Assembly (NCBI GenBank): GCA_951406725.2
Contig: OX597823.1
Coordinates: 114,886,001-114,950,000, forward strand
Direction: 5' to 3'
DNA length: 64,000 bases
From: Octopus vulgaris
Lineage: Eukaryota
Both the position numbers and the translations under genes were made by a program. Positions within the stretch are counted from its first letter, which is position 1. Each line of letters begins with the position of its first letter. Positions 1-13,950 of the stretch are shown one piece after another. The notes beneath the pieces are model-generated. The model did no database searches. It saw nothing but the letters and a program-made list of their open reading frames with translations, and had not been told where the DNA came from.

Positions 1-690
1 TTGAGTTTAATGGAAGCCAATAGAAATACTGAGATGCAAAAGCAATAGAAACCAAAGTTGGCTTCCTTATCTTCCATATAATAAAACACAATGTGTTCTA
101 CGTTTCGGTCAAAGCTGGTTGAGAGTGAAGCTAAAACAATGGAATAGGAGAGAGTAACAGAGAAGATAAATACAGGTGAACTATGAAATAACTGGTATTT
201 TAATCAAAATGAAACTGAAAATTTTCTCTCATTGTTTTGAGGCGCCATTTTCTAGTATCAATAAAATCAACGGCATTTTTTTACGACTCCAGCGGGTTAG
301 TGAGCACCATTATGTGAGCACCTCTACCGCACGTCCTGACAATACAGTCTTCACAATCAACATTTTAGTATGTTACACATTTTGTCCAATTCTGCTTTAT
401 CACTGAAATTCAATGAGAGTAAATTTCTAGAATATCTTACCTTCTTGTGAAGGTTGATCTTGTATATGACAATAAAATACAAGCTATATGTTTGTGCGTA
501 TGTATGTGTATTGCACATGCATATGTACGTGTGCGTATGCGTTTATGGACGTAAGAAAGTATGCATATCGTTCGTTCGCTGAGAGCACAAGGCCTGGAAG
601 TCAACTTGCATTGCTTCCTGTCGTTGTGCGGCCACTCAGAGTTATCAGCTGAAATTCTTAAGATATATGCTTTTGTATACATATACACAT

Positions 691-728
<38 letters not shown>

Positions 729-894
729 CACCCTTTCTCTTCTTGCCAGAGCGTCTTTTGATACATTGCGTTCTTGTCTTTTCTTTTTTTTTGGGGGGGG
801 GGATTAGATATTTTCCGCACTCTCACACAGACCCCCGTCCATCCGACTGGCTTTGGAGTACCTAATTCGCGGAATTCTTTCTACCATCAAATTA

Positions 895-1080
895 CATTAC
901 TTTTTTCATTCGGAGTTCATTTCTGCACCTTGATTCCTTTGGTCTTGGACTTTCCTCTGTCTCCTGTTTCTGAAGAAGAAATTTGCCCGAAACGTAAAAC
1001 ACTCCTGTTTTCCTTTTAATACTTTGCATGTACCACGTACTCGCGTTGTTCCCCACCTCTTCGTTTTGGGTGGGATTAAC
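895..1080 (+). mobile_element. (TA)n-flanked PLE/retrozyme-like cassette (family H1) with decayed minimal hammerhead at 966-1000
   Basis: gttt-CTGAAGA-agaaatttgccc-GAAAC-GTA-aaac; stem I pairs, stem II decayed. Ends in ggattaac(ta)n like 33721-33926. Left boundary approximate. Confidence 0.6.
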
Positions 1081-1200
1081 TATATATATATAATTATTAT
1101 TTGAGGAGATATTAATCCTAACTTACAGGGAAAAAATTCAATTTAGAAATACTAAATCAAATTTCACACAATATAATATATATATATATATATATATATC

Positions 1201-1564
1201 AAATTAGAAAGAACCACCTTCTATCAATTCAAAACGAACAATTAAATTACACCATCTAGAAAATTACGTGTAATAGAAATATTAAATTAAAATAACAATA
1301 AAATACCAATAATTAAATAAATTGCAAAAAAATAATAAAAACGTATATAATTGGTAGATTATAATAATAAATAATAAAATAATAATAGATAATAAAAACG
1401 TATATAATATACCAATAATATACGTTTTTATTATTTTTTGCAATTTACTTAAACATTGGTATTTTATTGTTATTTTAATTTAATATTTCTATTATATGTA
1501 ATTTTCTAGATGGTGTAATTTAATGGTTTATTTTGAATTGATAAAATGTGGTTCTTTCTAATTT
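1201..1564. repeat. AT-rich foldback (palindromic) element between (TA)n tracts
   Basis: Arm 1201-~1354 (aaattagaaagaaccac...) is the imperfect reverse complement of ~1409-1564 (...gtggttctttctaattt). Confidence 0.85.
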
Positions 1565-1568
1565 ATGC

Positions 1569-1602
<34 letters not shown>

Positions 1603-1634
1603 TTTACTTAAAAGCAGCAGAAATATAACAAAAG

Positions 1635-1672
1635 CTGTTACTCAGAGTCTCACGTTCCCGTTCGTGGAATAG
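1635..1672 (-). ncRNA. degenerate hammerhead-like motif
   Basis: Minus strand ctat-TCCACGA-acg-ggaa-cgt-GAGAC-tctga-GTA-acag. Stems II and III are intact, the core is mutated. Confidence 0.4.
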
Positions 1673-2164
1673 TTTTGTTAGAATAGAACATAAATAACGA
1701 TATGATCAAAACTAGTTAGAGGATACACTTTTAAAAATAGATTTGTTTCATTGGTCCTTTCAATTAACGATCTTAAGCATGCAATGAACAAAACAAACAA
1801 AATAAATGAATTCAATATAAATTCATCCTATTATAAAAATCGAGGAAAACCTTAAATCGAAGAGTGGATTCAAAATACATATTGCAAATAACCATATTCG
1901 AAATATAATTCAATTAATACATTAAAATTAAATTAAAATTGTCACGCTGCATTACATAAATATTTTACAACAGTATATACGCATACTAGACCATATGTAA
2001 TATACATATATATATCAAAATACACAGATGGATGCACACAGACTACAAAGATATACAAACATATATATTTAAGACATAAATATACGCACAAATACACATG
2101 TACACATGTATACATACGTACGCAATCATGCTCGCATGCGAAAATCTCTTGGTGTATACATATA

Positions 2165-2736
2165 GAAGTTATAACAGATAAGCTTGATGAGAAGTAAATT
2201 TTAAAACGTAGGGAGAGGGAAAGAAAAAGGAAAGGAAGGATCTTAAATGTAACAGTTAACAAGGGAAAGAGGAAAGTAAGGGGGAGAGAAGAGGAACATA
2301 TTGTAAAAAGACGCTATACAAGTAACGCTTAGGGAGAGAAAGGATACTTCCCGTAAGGAAAGAAGAAAGAAAGAAAGATAGATATGTGGGTGGGGGTGGG
2401 TGGGGGTGGGGTGGGAGTCTGGGGTGGAGGTAGGGTGGTTGGGATGAGAGAGAGGGGTGGTATTAAGGAAGAGAGAAGGTGGATACGAGTCAAGAGAGGA
2501 AGTAGGTGTCAGACAAAGAGAGGAGAGGGGGCGAGTCAGATGAAGAGAGGAGAGGAGTTGAGTCCATGAGGTGCAATAGAGGGAAGAGAGAGGATTAATT
2601 TCTGTTCGCGGCGAAGGCGGAAATCCGAATAGCCTCTGTGCAAAGACAATCCGAATACTGACTGGTGTTGTAGTGAATGACCTGTAGAGCGGAAATGGTG
2701 CGAGACCCGGGTGTCATTGCAGAGCCTGATGTCTTG

Positions 2737-2739
<3 letters not shown>
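2165..2739 (-). mobile_element. Penelope-like element 3' fragment: C-terminal half of GIY-YIG endonuclease (2536-2739) plus pyrimidine-rich 3' UTR
   Basis: Translation [67 protein letters not shown] fits the PLE EN end pattern (V..HF...GH ... R..RE..LI..L....P.GLN). 5'-truncated at a (TA)n tract. Confidence 0.8.
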
Positions 2740-2793
<54 letters not shown>

Positions 2794-2905
2794 CATACAT
2801 ACATACATACATATGTATACATACACATATATATACAAAAAAAAACAAACATGCGCAACTCCATTGTCTCCCGAGACAGAAAGGATGCCAATACAATACA
2901 ATACA

Positions 2906-2970
<65 letters not shown>

Positions 2971-3052
2971 TGTATAAATGTATGTATGTATGTATGTATA
3001 CTGTATTTGCTCCATGTATATGCAATTCATATTCTCTATGTATTCATTATGT

Positions 3053-3290
3053 ATTATGGGTTACCACTGGTCGAAATTTTTATTCAACCAATAACTTTAT
3101 TTAGAAACTGAGATACTTCCTGTTACTTGAATGATTCGAGAGCGTCATGTCGGACACTTTGGCTACGTGGCTCGATTTTCCGAGTTGGATCCTACATACC
3201 ATGTCGTCTTCTGAGAATCCAGCATGGCTGACGGCTGGTGTTTGTCGATGATACATCCGCTAGTCACGGTGGATGGTTAAGTATCTCGCT
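3053..3290 (+). mobile_element. RTE-clade LINE fragment (post-RT region), decayed
   Basis: MGYHWSKFLFNQ*LYLETEILPVT*MIRERHVGHFGYVARFSELDP resembles the RTE motif IMGYRW..VSN..L......I...IRERQLR.FGHVARF. Confidence 0.7.
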
Positions 3291-3639
3291 GAGATAGGAA
3301 CTTATCTGTCTATCTATCACTTTCCATCACCCACACCACACACCATCATCCACACCCCCACAGGTTGCAAAGACACAAACACACGAACACATCCACACAC
3401 GTCAAAGTCACTAGCCCCTATCCACACGCATTCTCACATACACAAGCACGTGAACCTTTGTTTTTGGATCACTATTACTTTATTATCTCCCCTTCTTTCA
3501 ACTTCTAGCATTGCCCGGACAAATACAGACAAATAGTGAATGCAGGGACGCCTTGCAGAGGTACATGCCTCCATGTCTCAAACTGAAACCGAATCTATAG
3601 GTGTTACATCCAATACATCTTTTGCTACATATATACTTC

Positions 3640-3928
<289 letters not shown>

Positions 3929-5916
3929 GTTTGTATGTGTTAGTGTATGTGTGTGTAGATATATAATCAACATATATTAATGAATATCCAAATAGGTACA
4001 ATTAGTGTTGTTTTGTACTGTACTGAAAAAATGACATCTATAGTGATTTTCTATTTTCACAGTTATTTTACCATAATAGTTTATAACACCTGCACAAAGC
4101 CATTAGTTTGTTATGAGTGGGTGTGGAACGAAGCTTATGAAACTAAGTCATTTGAATTATCGGTACAACCTCGGCAAATTGAGAATTTAACATCGAGACC
4201 AGAGTGTGAGTAATAATTACTATAACACTAAAATTGTGTTTGGTTTTAGAAGCTCATCAGTATATTGGTACACTTTATTTGGACATCATTTAGCAAAGTT
4301 AAATGATTTAGCCGTATACAGGTCGTATGAATAGAAGACAAAATTTGACATTAGAGTTTCAATTCTGAACATAGAAGTAAGAATAGAGAAATAATTAGTT
4401 CAGAGCTTCGTTGATTATTTATATGTTAGTTTTTTATGGTGTATTTTTCATCTGCCATCATTCCATATCTTCTACTTAATGACTTCTTATGAATGGACAC
4501 ATGGAGCCAGCTGGTAGTTGTTTAGTTCTCAGATTATCTAGCAGACCTACAACCAAAATCATTCAAAGATGCTGTTGACAACATAAGAATTTCGAAACGT
4601 CGCGGGAGATCGTGAAACATTTGTTTTAACGGTGATACTCAAAAGAGTCAAGCTTTAAACAACAGCTTTAAGTAAATAAAAATAAAGCCGTAAATAAATC
4701 TCGGTTTAAAAAAAAAGACAGCGACTGTTATATTTACAGAAGAAGCGGGTTCGTGCCTCACGGAAAACCTTCTACTTTTAACCCAATATTTACTCTCTAC
4801 TATCTATAGCTGTATTTGCTTCGAGCCTCACTGTTCTGAAAAGGACCTGTTTCATATTCAAAGATATGTTTGGGTTCATCTAGAGCCGAATTATTTGGCT
4901 GTCCTTTTCTTTTCCTAAGACATGTAGGTGAAATTCTTTGAAGGCGTTTTAGCTATTATTGCTAGCCTGTCCAGAGACGAGGAAGAAAACAAATAGATAG
5001 ATTGACTGTATCATGATTTCTCAAGAATTTCAGCGCTCAACAAAAACAAAAAAGTGGGAAAAAGAGAACTCAAAACGGTGCTGAAAAGGATGTTTATTGT
5101 AAACATACTGAAAGGAAATTAGAAATTCTAAAGAAGTTAAATCGGTGCCACTCCTGTGTGTCTACCCAATTGGCGTTCTTATCATTCCGCAAATATTTCC
5201 ATTTATATTGAACATAACAGATTCATCAAATTCTTCAAGTCTTCCACAGAATTCCAAACGAAGCAGGAAGTTATTTGTTAACACTTTAATTTCGACAAAA
5301 GTCTTGTACTGACAATAAAAGACAAAAACAAAAAAAAAAACAGACCAAAGATAAACAAAAACAATACCAAAAATAAACAATGACACCACAGAAAATGTTC
5401 AGAACTGGAAAACAGTTCGTCACTTATCTAATTACCACTTTTATTTCACTTTCTGCCTATTATTCCCTTTCTGTTTAATTTTTGAGCGTTATTATTTGAT
5501 TTTTTTTGTTATTATTTTTATTGTAATTTCTATATTATATATGTATATATATATATATATATATAATAAATACATTAACATGTACGTATGTATATATGTA
5601 TATGCATGTGTATGTATGCATTCGTGCATGCATTTGTGTGTGTGCGTGTGTACGTGTGTTGTCATTTTAGGGAGAGGGAAGATTTCAATTGATTTCAGCC
5701 TGATCGATACAAAATGTAATTTGGGTAAAAACCTAATAATTATTTCGTTCATTTTTATTTACGAAGGCTTTTATTTATTTTTTTTTTTTTAGAAATTTTC
5801 TTTTGAAATCACATCATCATCTCACAACTTCTCCATTATTGATAGTGCGTGTGTACATGTGCGCTGGCATTTAGGTATGCGTGTATATATACATGTACAT
5901 ATATATATATGTATAT

Positions 5917-5983
<67 letters not shown>

Positions 5984-6415
5984 CATATATATATACATAT
6001 ATATACATATGTGTGTGTATATATATATGTATATATATATACATATATACGCATATATGTATATATATATATATATATATACATATATACGTATATATGT
6101 GTATACATCTATGTATGTACGTATGAATAAGTCATTGTAAGTGCGTGTGTACTTGTATACACGTGTAGATTGGAATGTTTACATGTTTTTCATTACAATA
6201 TGCTTCACAAGAAGGTATTTGTTGAAGTAAACCTACATGTATATATACATAGTCAGAGAAAAGAGAGACGAATAGACACGCACACACATGCTCACACCTA
6301 CACACTCACACACATACATACATTCATACATACATAACTTGCAAACATACATGTGATGATGTATGTATGCACGTATGTATATATATATGTATATGTATGT
6401 GTAAGTGTATATATA

Positions 6416-6448
<33 letters not shown>

Positions 6449-6483
6449 ATATATGTATGTATATACGCGCGTGTGTGTGTATG

Positions 6484-7697
6484 TTCTCTTTTTTAATTCA
6501 GAGTAAATTTCTACCGGTCACCTGCTTGGTAGCGTGGTTGTGAAAGAAAGCATCTTGTTTTGTTCATCAATCTTTACATCTTTGGAAGGTTTTACAGAAT
6601 GTTATAGTCCCATATATCGTGATCCTTTGCAGCATATAAATTAAGAATTTGCGTTCTCTTCCCATGAACCCAGGTTCAGCTATATTCTGATCGAGACGGT
6701 TCGGTATCTTTCCCGTTGCTCCAATAAAGGTAGATATAAGGCTGAAAGTGTGTATCATGGGCACTGAATTAGAAAACTCTTTATCAATGGTCCACAGATG
6801 TCCTCTTTCTCTTGTACTTTTTCAATCGCATTGGTATCCAGAAGGCGCCTGATTCCTACAACAGAACATTTTTTGTGGTACCGTGTAACAATATGTAGTT
6901 GGGTGTTTTAAGCTGGCGGCTATTTTAATTTTTACGTTCGATCAATATTTTTTTGGCCCATTGGTCTGAGTATAGTTAACTTCGTCTGAAGGTGTTTTCT
7001 ATTTTGGTATCTTGTTCCAGACTGTTCTGGCCACCGCCACCGCATCATGCTTCACGTGAGGAAGATATCTGGAGGAAGATATTCTCTCGTATTTCGCAGC
7101 AATGCGGTTAACGTCTTCAGTTTTGGTCTTGCACAGCCTACGTTTGTTGTCAGCCATTTTTTTTTTACCTTTTATGCTATAAGTACCCTTGTTCTTGAAC
7201 TGCATGGAGGTAGCCTTCGAATTGGTATGTCACAAACTTGTCAGTACTCCAAGCCAAGCTTTTGACTTGATTATTTTTTTCTATAGCTTGTTTATCGAGT
7301 CAAGCACCTAAGTACTATCTTTTCAATGAAATGGTCGTTTTTTTCGCTCTTCTGATAAATAGATTTTACTAATGCTCCCTGAAGAGGGATCTGTATCATT
7401 GGTATCAGCTCTTATTTCAAATATCTCCTCAACTACATTCGCTTTCCTATGCATTGCTCCTACATACCAGAACAGATGAGGTACATTTGTACAATATACT
7501 GTATGTGAAGTCACAGCGTAAGAGATACTTGAAACCTTGCTTAACGTAGCTCTTCAAATTTTAGTTTTTTCTATTATATTTACATCAGTTGGATACTACA
7601 CTCTCTGAAGCCAGCTCTTATTTCTAAAAGATATATATCCTTCCACTTAACGTCGGGAGTTAGATACTACGTACTTATTGTATTACCTATTATACTA
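6484..7697 (-). mobile_element. decayed RLE-type (R4/Dong-like) non-LTR retrotransposon, 3' part
   Basis: Minus frames give DNKRRLCKTKTEDVNRIAAKYERISSSRYLP..KHDAVA (degenerate CCHC knuckle plus RHD motif), CSVVGIRRLLDTNAIEKVQEKEDICGPLI, and FSLISTFIGATGKIP...LQRITIYGTITFCKTF (RLE C-terminus). The short 3' UTR runs into a microsatellite. Confidence 0.8.
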
Positions 7698-7960
7698 TAT
7701 AGCCTTTGATATTCTCTTACTTCTGTGTATGTGTGTGTATGTGTGTGCGTGTGTCCGTGTACGTAGATATATATATATATATATATAAATGCTTGTAGCT
7801 GAGATTAACTCCGTCTCTAGTTGGTGTTTCTGTTTAGAATAATTCAGATGAACTGCTTTTTGTTGCCAGCAAGTGGGCGCGCGCGCGTCTGTGTGAGTAT
7901 GTGTGTGTGTGTGCGTGCGTGAGTGTGTGTGTGCTCGCACGAGCGTTTACGCACGTGTAT

Positions 7961-8020
<60 letters not shown>

Positions 8021-8689
8021 ATTCGTGTGTGTATGTATGTGAGGGCGCGCAAGTACACACATGTGTATGTTCCAATATAGATATATTTTCCTTTCCTGAA
8101 CATATCCTGATATTGTTCTATGTCAGTTTGTCACAATACCTTCTCTTTATTTCCGTCTTTCTCTTTCACCCTCCTCACTTCTTCATACAACAAATATTTC
8201 GGCTGTTTTCGCTACGCTAGCGACTGCCATACGGGCACCAACAGTTTGAAAGTCCGATAGATCTGTCATTTAAATGAATTTTAATTACCTTTTTCTGATG
8301 ATATCTGAAAACAAACAGCAATTTTAGCAAAACGTATTAAGCAACACTAATAATAAATCAAAAACATAAAAATAAACAAGCTTTTGACGGTTTTATAGAT
8401 ATTTCATAATTATGTTGATTATGATGCTAGGTGCTTCCATTATTTTATCCAACCCCTATATATATATAACTCCTGAATATATATATATTAAAATAGTATA
8501 CATTTAAACACAAAAGAAAATTACCTTTTAACAGGTAACTTTTACATGCTAGAAGAAGCAGCCAATACGGCCAAAACCACGATTTAATAGCAATTTTCGA
8601 AGGAAATGAAAAATAAAACTTTTACCTTGTTATTTTTATTTGCGGTTATACCATGGTTTCAAATTTCTTTAGATAATAATAATAATAAT

Positions 8690-8728
<39 letters not shown>

Positions 8729-9244
8729 AGTTTCCATTAAAGGCACAAGGCATGTATCCGTTTGTGCATATGTATATATATTATATATTTTTTTATTCTT
8801 TTAAACTGAAGGCAGGGATTAGGGCAGCATAGACCAACTTAAACAAAGAGAACGTCCAGAAGTGTTGCAGGAGATTCCGAAGTCGTCTGGAGACCGCGGT
8901 TCAAGCCAATGGCGATTTTATTGAATGAATATACTGTTTAGTATTTCAAGATATTTTGATTTAAGTTTTGTAAATATATGTTAAAATGAAATGTCCAAGT
9001 TACTTTCATCTTTGCATAATTTAGACGACAATATATTCACCACATCCTGTATGCGTACATACATACATAATTATACAGTATATATTTATATACACGCACA
9101 CTGACACCCACACCCACACATGTGTGTGTGTATATATATATATATACATGTGTATATATATACATGAGTGTATATATATATAACCATTATAATTTATAAT
9201 GGTTATAATTTATAATAGTGATAAATTATAATGGTTATTGACAA

Positions 9245-9385
9245 TTTGTCTATTTTCGGCTTATTTGGCTTTAGAATTTTTCCTTTTGCTCTTGTTTTAT
9301 TAGTTATTTATAAATTTAACCTTTAGAGATATTTTTTAATATGCTGGCCATTGATAAAATTTTTCGAAAAATTTTATCCTATATA
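9245..9385. repeat. (TA)n-adjacent dispersed repeat, copy 1; carries internal palindrome gataaaattttttcgaaaaattttatc
   Basis: About 9300-9383 is the reverse-complement homologue of 32958-33045. Confidence 0.7.
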
Positions 9386-9460
<75 letters not shown>

Positions 9461-9658
9461 TGTATGTATGTATAAATACATATAAATAATTACATATAGA
9501 GACAAAGAGATATGCATATACAAACATAGAGATACAGATAATGCATATTCAGATACGCTCTTATCTATTATTTTTTTAGGTTATACTTATGTCATATATA
9601 TGACGAATATATAACAAAAATGAATATATATAAAATGTAATTTACATATGCAAAGATT

Positions 9659-9753
<95 letters not shown>

Positions 9754-11727
9754 GTAAGGTTTTCAAGGACCAACGTTAGCCATTCATACTTTTTGTACGG
9801 ATGTGTGAATAATGATTTGTAATTAGATAAGAAAAATGCGCTCACGTGGCAATGTTCCTTTTCATTCCTATTTTACCGTTTTTCTCTTCTATTTTTCTCC
9901 TGTTCTTCTTTAAAACCACCCACACACGCTCACACACACATACGTGTTCTGTTATATTATATTTGATCATTAGAGATATTCTTCTTTGCTCCGTTACTGT
10001 TTCTTTCTATTTGCTCAATATTAAATAATATTCATTTCTTTGGAGTCTTGGAATTCTGACTGAGGAATAATTCATATGTTTGTTACATTGTAGGGAATAA
10101 ATTAAGCAAAGAAATTTGCGTGGGGAATGCGTGTTATTCGTCTTATGTATTTATGTGTCTATGTATGCATGTATCTAGGCATGCATATAAATATACGTGT
10201 ATGTAGGTAGGCATATATACGTGTGTGTGTGTATGTACGTTTGTGTATATATGTGTGCACGCGTATATATGTGTGTACACACACATAGAGGAGCCGTTTT
10301 TATCTTTCCCTATTAATTATTTGAATTCTTCTTATAGAAAATGAGCTAGTTTCCTACAACGAAGAAAGTTTCCATCGTCGGAATTAACACAGCAATAATA
10401 GTCTTGCATGTTTTGATATTTTTCTGCTAACTGGCTGACCTTGTACGTCTTAGTGAGTCACTCTCTTTGCCTCTAACTCGTAGCTATTCGACATTAAATC
10501 TCGGACTCTTAGTAACATATCTAAATACTTCGAGATACTATCTACATGAAAATCATTTGAAAACGGGGTGAATATATTTCAACCAGAGCAAAATAGATAA
10601 TTTAAAGCAGACGTACTTCGAGCTTATTTCAATCACCGTGGCTGAGCAGAGCCATGGAGATGGCATTTCTATGCTGTTACTGTATATTTTTAATGCGCAA
10701 ATTACACTACTTCTACAGTGCTGCTAATGAGATCCAATAAGGGCGAAGTATGCACAAAGTTATCTCCAGTACTTGTCGATATTGATATTATATTAGTCTT
10801 CTATTTTTCGCCACCTTGGTATTTCAAGCTAGATATTTTGATATTCATTACGTTAAACTTCTACTGTCCAAATTAATTCTTTGGGTGTATGTGTATCTGT
10901 GTGCGTACATGTGTGAGTGTGCATGTGTGCGAATGTGTGTCAGAATGACAAATGAACATTTTAACGAGCAAAACTTATTTAATATTTCATCTAAATAGAA
11001 GAAAATACACTTTGTACCCTTAACACGCTTGCTGTGCCAGTCATATCACACCATAGTGTATGGTGTATTGTATAATTCAAATGCTGTGTGTAGTGGTGGT
11101 GGTGGTGGTGGTGGTGGGTATTTGTGAATGTTTGTATGTGGCATAGTCTTAACTTGATGCCGAGTTTGTTTCGAGTATTTTGTATGATAAATGAGGTGAG
11201 CTGTAACACATGTGTATTGAGTAATAAATATGCAATACTTATGTAGTTTTCCGTCGGAATTTGAGAAGTACAGAGTCCGATTCGTTGTAGCGGCATGCTG
11301 GCCACTTATTTCCGTCTATAAGGAGTATTTTACCCAATCTTCTAAGCTGTATTCACAGCTATCCTCCTGCGTTCGATATGTGTCATTTCTAAAATACCCC
11401 TCACTCAGTGTTTTAATGTTTGTTTATGAAAATGTTCTCACATTACAAAAGTTATCATTTTCTACAATAAAAGAGACCCTCGGCTATCCGCGTTCGTTTT
11501 GCTCAATGGTACAGACCGCTAAGATGAATTTCGATGAACAGTGTTCGATTCTCAGCTGCAGCTCGCTGCGCACTTTTTTCTTTTTACTTTGTCTGCCTAT
11601 AAGGATATTTTACCCGTACCTCTAAGCTGTTATCATTGCTATTCTCATGCGTTCGAGATTTCCTTCACTTGTAAAATACTTATGTAATATGTATTTTATC
11701 CTCTATTTGTAGTATGTTTATCCTCTA

Positions 11728-11940
11728 TTTTACTTGTGTCAGTCATTGTTCAGCTACCCTGCTGGAGCACCGCCATGAAGGGTTTAGTCAAACAAATCTA
11801 CCACAATAACTATTTGTTTAGATCCAGTACTTATTTTACCAGTTTCCTTTGACGAACCTCTATCTTATGGAGACGTAAACAAACCAGCATTCGATGTCAA
11901 GTGGTAGTAGGGAACGAACACCAAAACAGAGACACACACA
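11728..11940 (-). mobile_element. SINE family A, 3' half, diverged
   Basis: gctggagcaccgcc ... agtacttat ... gacgtaaacaaaccagcat matches the full copies. Confidence 0.75.
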
Positions 11941-12149
11941 AAAATAAATACGTGTGTGTATTTGTGTGTATATATGTGTGTATATATGTGTGTATATATA
12001 TATGTGTGTATATATGTGTGTGTGTGGATCAAAACAGCTGAATTCAAACTTTAAGTGCCACGGAATTTAAAATCAAACTGTTTTGATCCATACATGTAAC
12101 CCCTAATAAATGTGTTGAGTGCCCTTCTTTCGTTTGTCCACTCATTTTC

Positions 12150-12430
12150 GATCAGGGGGGATGTCGGCCTACTCACCTAGCCAGCAGGGTGGCATCATTT
12201 GAAAGCTAAAACAAGGCAAAAGCGCATTGTGACCAGCGATGTGTAACGGCATCTGATAGCTTGGTCGGTCACTATATATATATATGTATATGTCACAATG
12301 CACTTTTGCCTTGTTTTAGCTTTCAAATGATGCCACCCTGCTGGCTAGTGGGTTAGGTCAACATTACCTCATGGTCGAAATGGGGTCAGCAACAACGTCA
12401 AATAAACTGTTTTGCTCAAGATAACAACGT
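12150..12430. mobile_element. two CORE-type SINE pieces tail-to-tail across (TA)n, forming an ~70-bp inverted repeat
   Basis: 12177-12233 (ctagccagcagggtggcatcatttgaaagctaaaacaaggcaaaagcgcattgtgac) is almost the exact reverse complement of 12292-12348. The minus copy continues into ttgagcaaaacagtttatttgacgttg, a CORE-like segment shared with 38700 and 60920. Confidence 0.7.
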
Positions 12431-12780
12431 TGTTATGTGTGCGTGCGTGCGTGCGTATGTGTGCATGCGTGTGTGTCTGTGTTGATCTGTGCATTCAGCT
12501 CAGCGTATGGCGTGTGGTAAATTATTGTTCTCGTGTTGTGATCAGATTTATGATTATATTCCAAAAGGACTGTTGAAGGAAAAAAGAATAAATATTGGCT
12601 ATGTCAGATACAAAATATATATAACCGCAAATATGTGCACGAGTGCCTATGTGTGTGTGTTTTGGTACGTGTAGGTATTACAGATATATGTGTGCGAGTG
12701 TGTGTGTGCGTATTTAATATATAATATTAAATATATATTTTATATCTTTTTTTATATATGTATATTTATATATTTCGTCG

Positions 12781-13014
<234 letters not shown>

Positions 13015-13386
13015 TCTAATGGCTAAACATGGTAATATCTCACCAATGTCTCTCCTTCAATCTACACTATAAATTATTCCCATTAATATATGCACAAAAG
13101 ACTTTTACTGCCTTACACTAAACAAATACTATAGAAACAATCTAAAAGTTAAGCTCCAACCAAAATCCCCACAAAAGATTTTCTAATATAAGCCCACAAA
13201 CCTACATACACTGGCATAAATATATATTTGTACGCAAGCAAGTTGAAAGAACCTTTTCTATTTTAATTATCCTTTTTTCTTAATCAATGTTTCTAAACTA
13301 AATATTATATCCATTGCTATACATGAGTATGTACACACCTTTTATAATGCCCCCACTTTCGCACATATCCATGGAACTAAAATAAT

Positions 13387-13751
13387 CTCTCTATATAAAA
13401 GTGAAATGGCCGAAAGTTGTATGTTTGCGTATTTCATTTAGAGGTTATGCAGGGTTCAATGGCAGTAGGCGTGTTCGGATTGCGGTGAAAATTTGCAGGG
13501 ACATGTAAAATGAGGCGAGGAAACAACTGGACTAGGTTAGAAATCTCTATCTCAAAAGCTGTGGTTACTAGGGCAACAACACCCAGACTTTGACAAGTGC
13601 TTGTCTTTTCTCTCTTTCGGATATCAACCTGTCTTCCTCGATCTCTCTCTTGCCTCTCTTCCCTTCACATACTAACTATAACGACATTTGACAGCTTCCA
13701 CTCTCATTCCCTCTCTGCCTTCGCCGTCTCTCTGCACTCTTTCTCCCACCT

Positions 13752-13810
<59 letters not shown>

Positions 13811-13950
13811 CGCCTGTCTGTATCTATAGAGAGAAAGCGTTGACAGCCACAAAAGTTTAAATATTCCCGCTACAGGTCTTTTAGAACGGTGAATTATTAT
13901 CGCCCACCACTACCGCACAATCATGGTAACAGATATTATTAATCAGGTAT
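13387..13950 (+). mobile_element. possible non-autonomous Helitron-like 5' fragment
   Basis: Starts tctctctatataaaag, similar to the 5' TC-tatata end of the Helitrons at 23587 and 24641. No 3' CTAG/hairpin found. Confidence 0.3.

Noticed and set aside
4568-4604. CTGTTGA...GAAACGTC
   Set aside because: No stem II, negligible stem I, and not in a recognisable cassette.
10720-10756. ctaatga-gatccaataagggc-gaagt hammerhead-like trace
   Set aside because: Both core halves are mutated, with no GUH or stem I.
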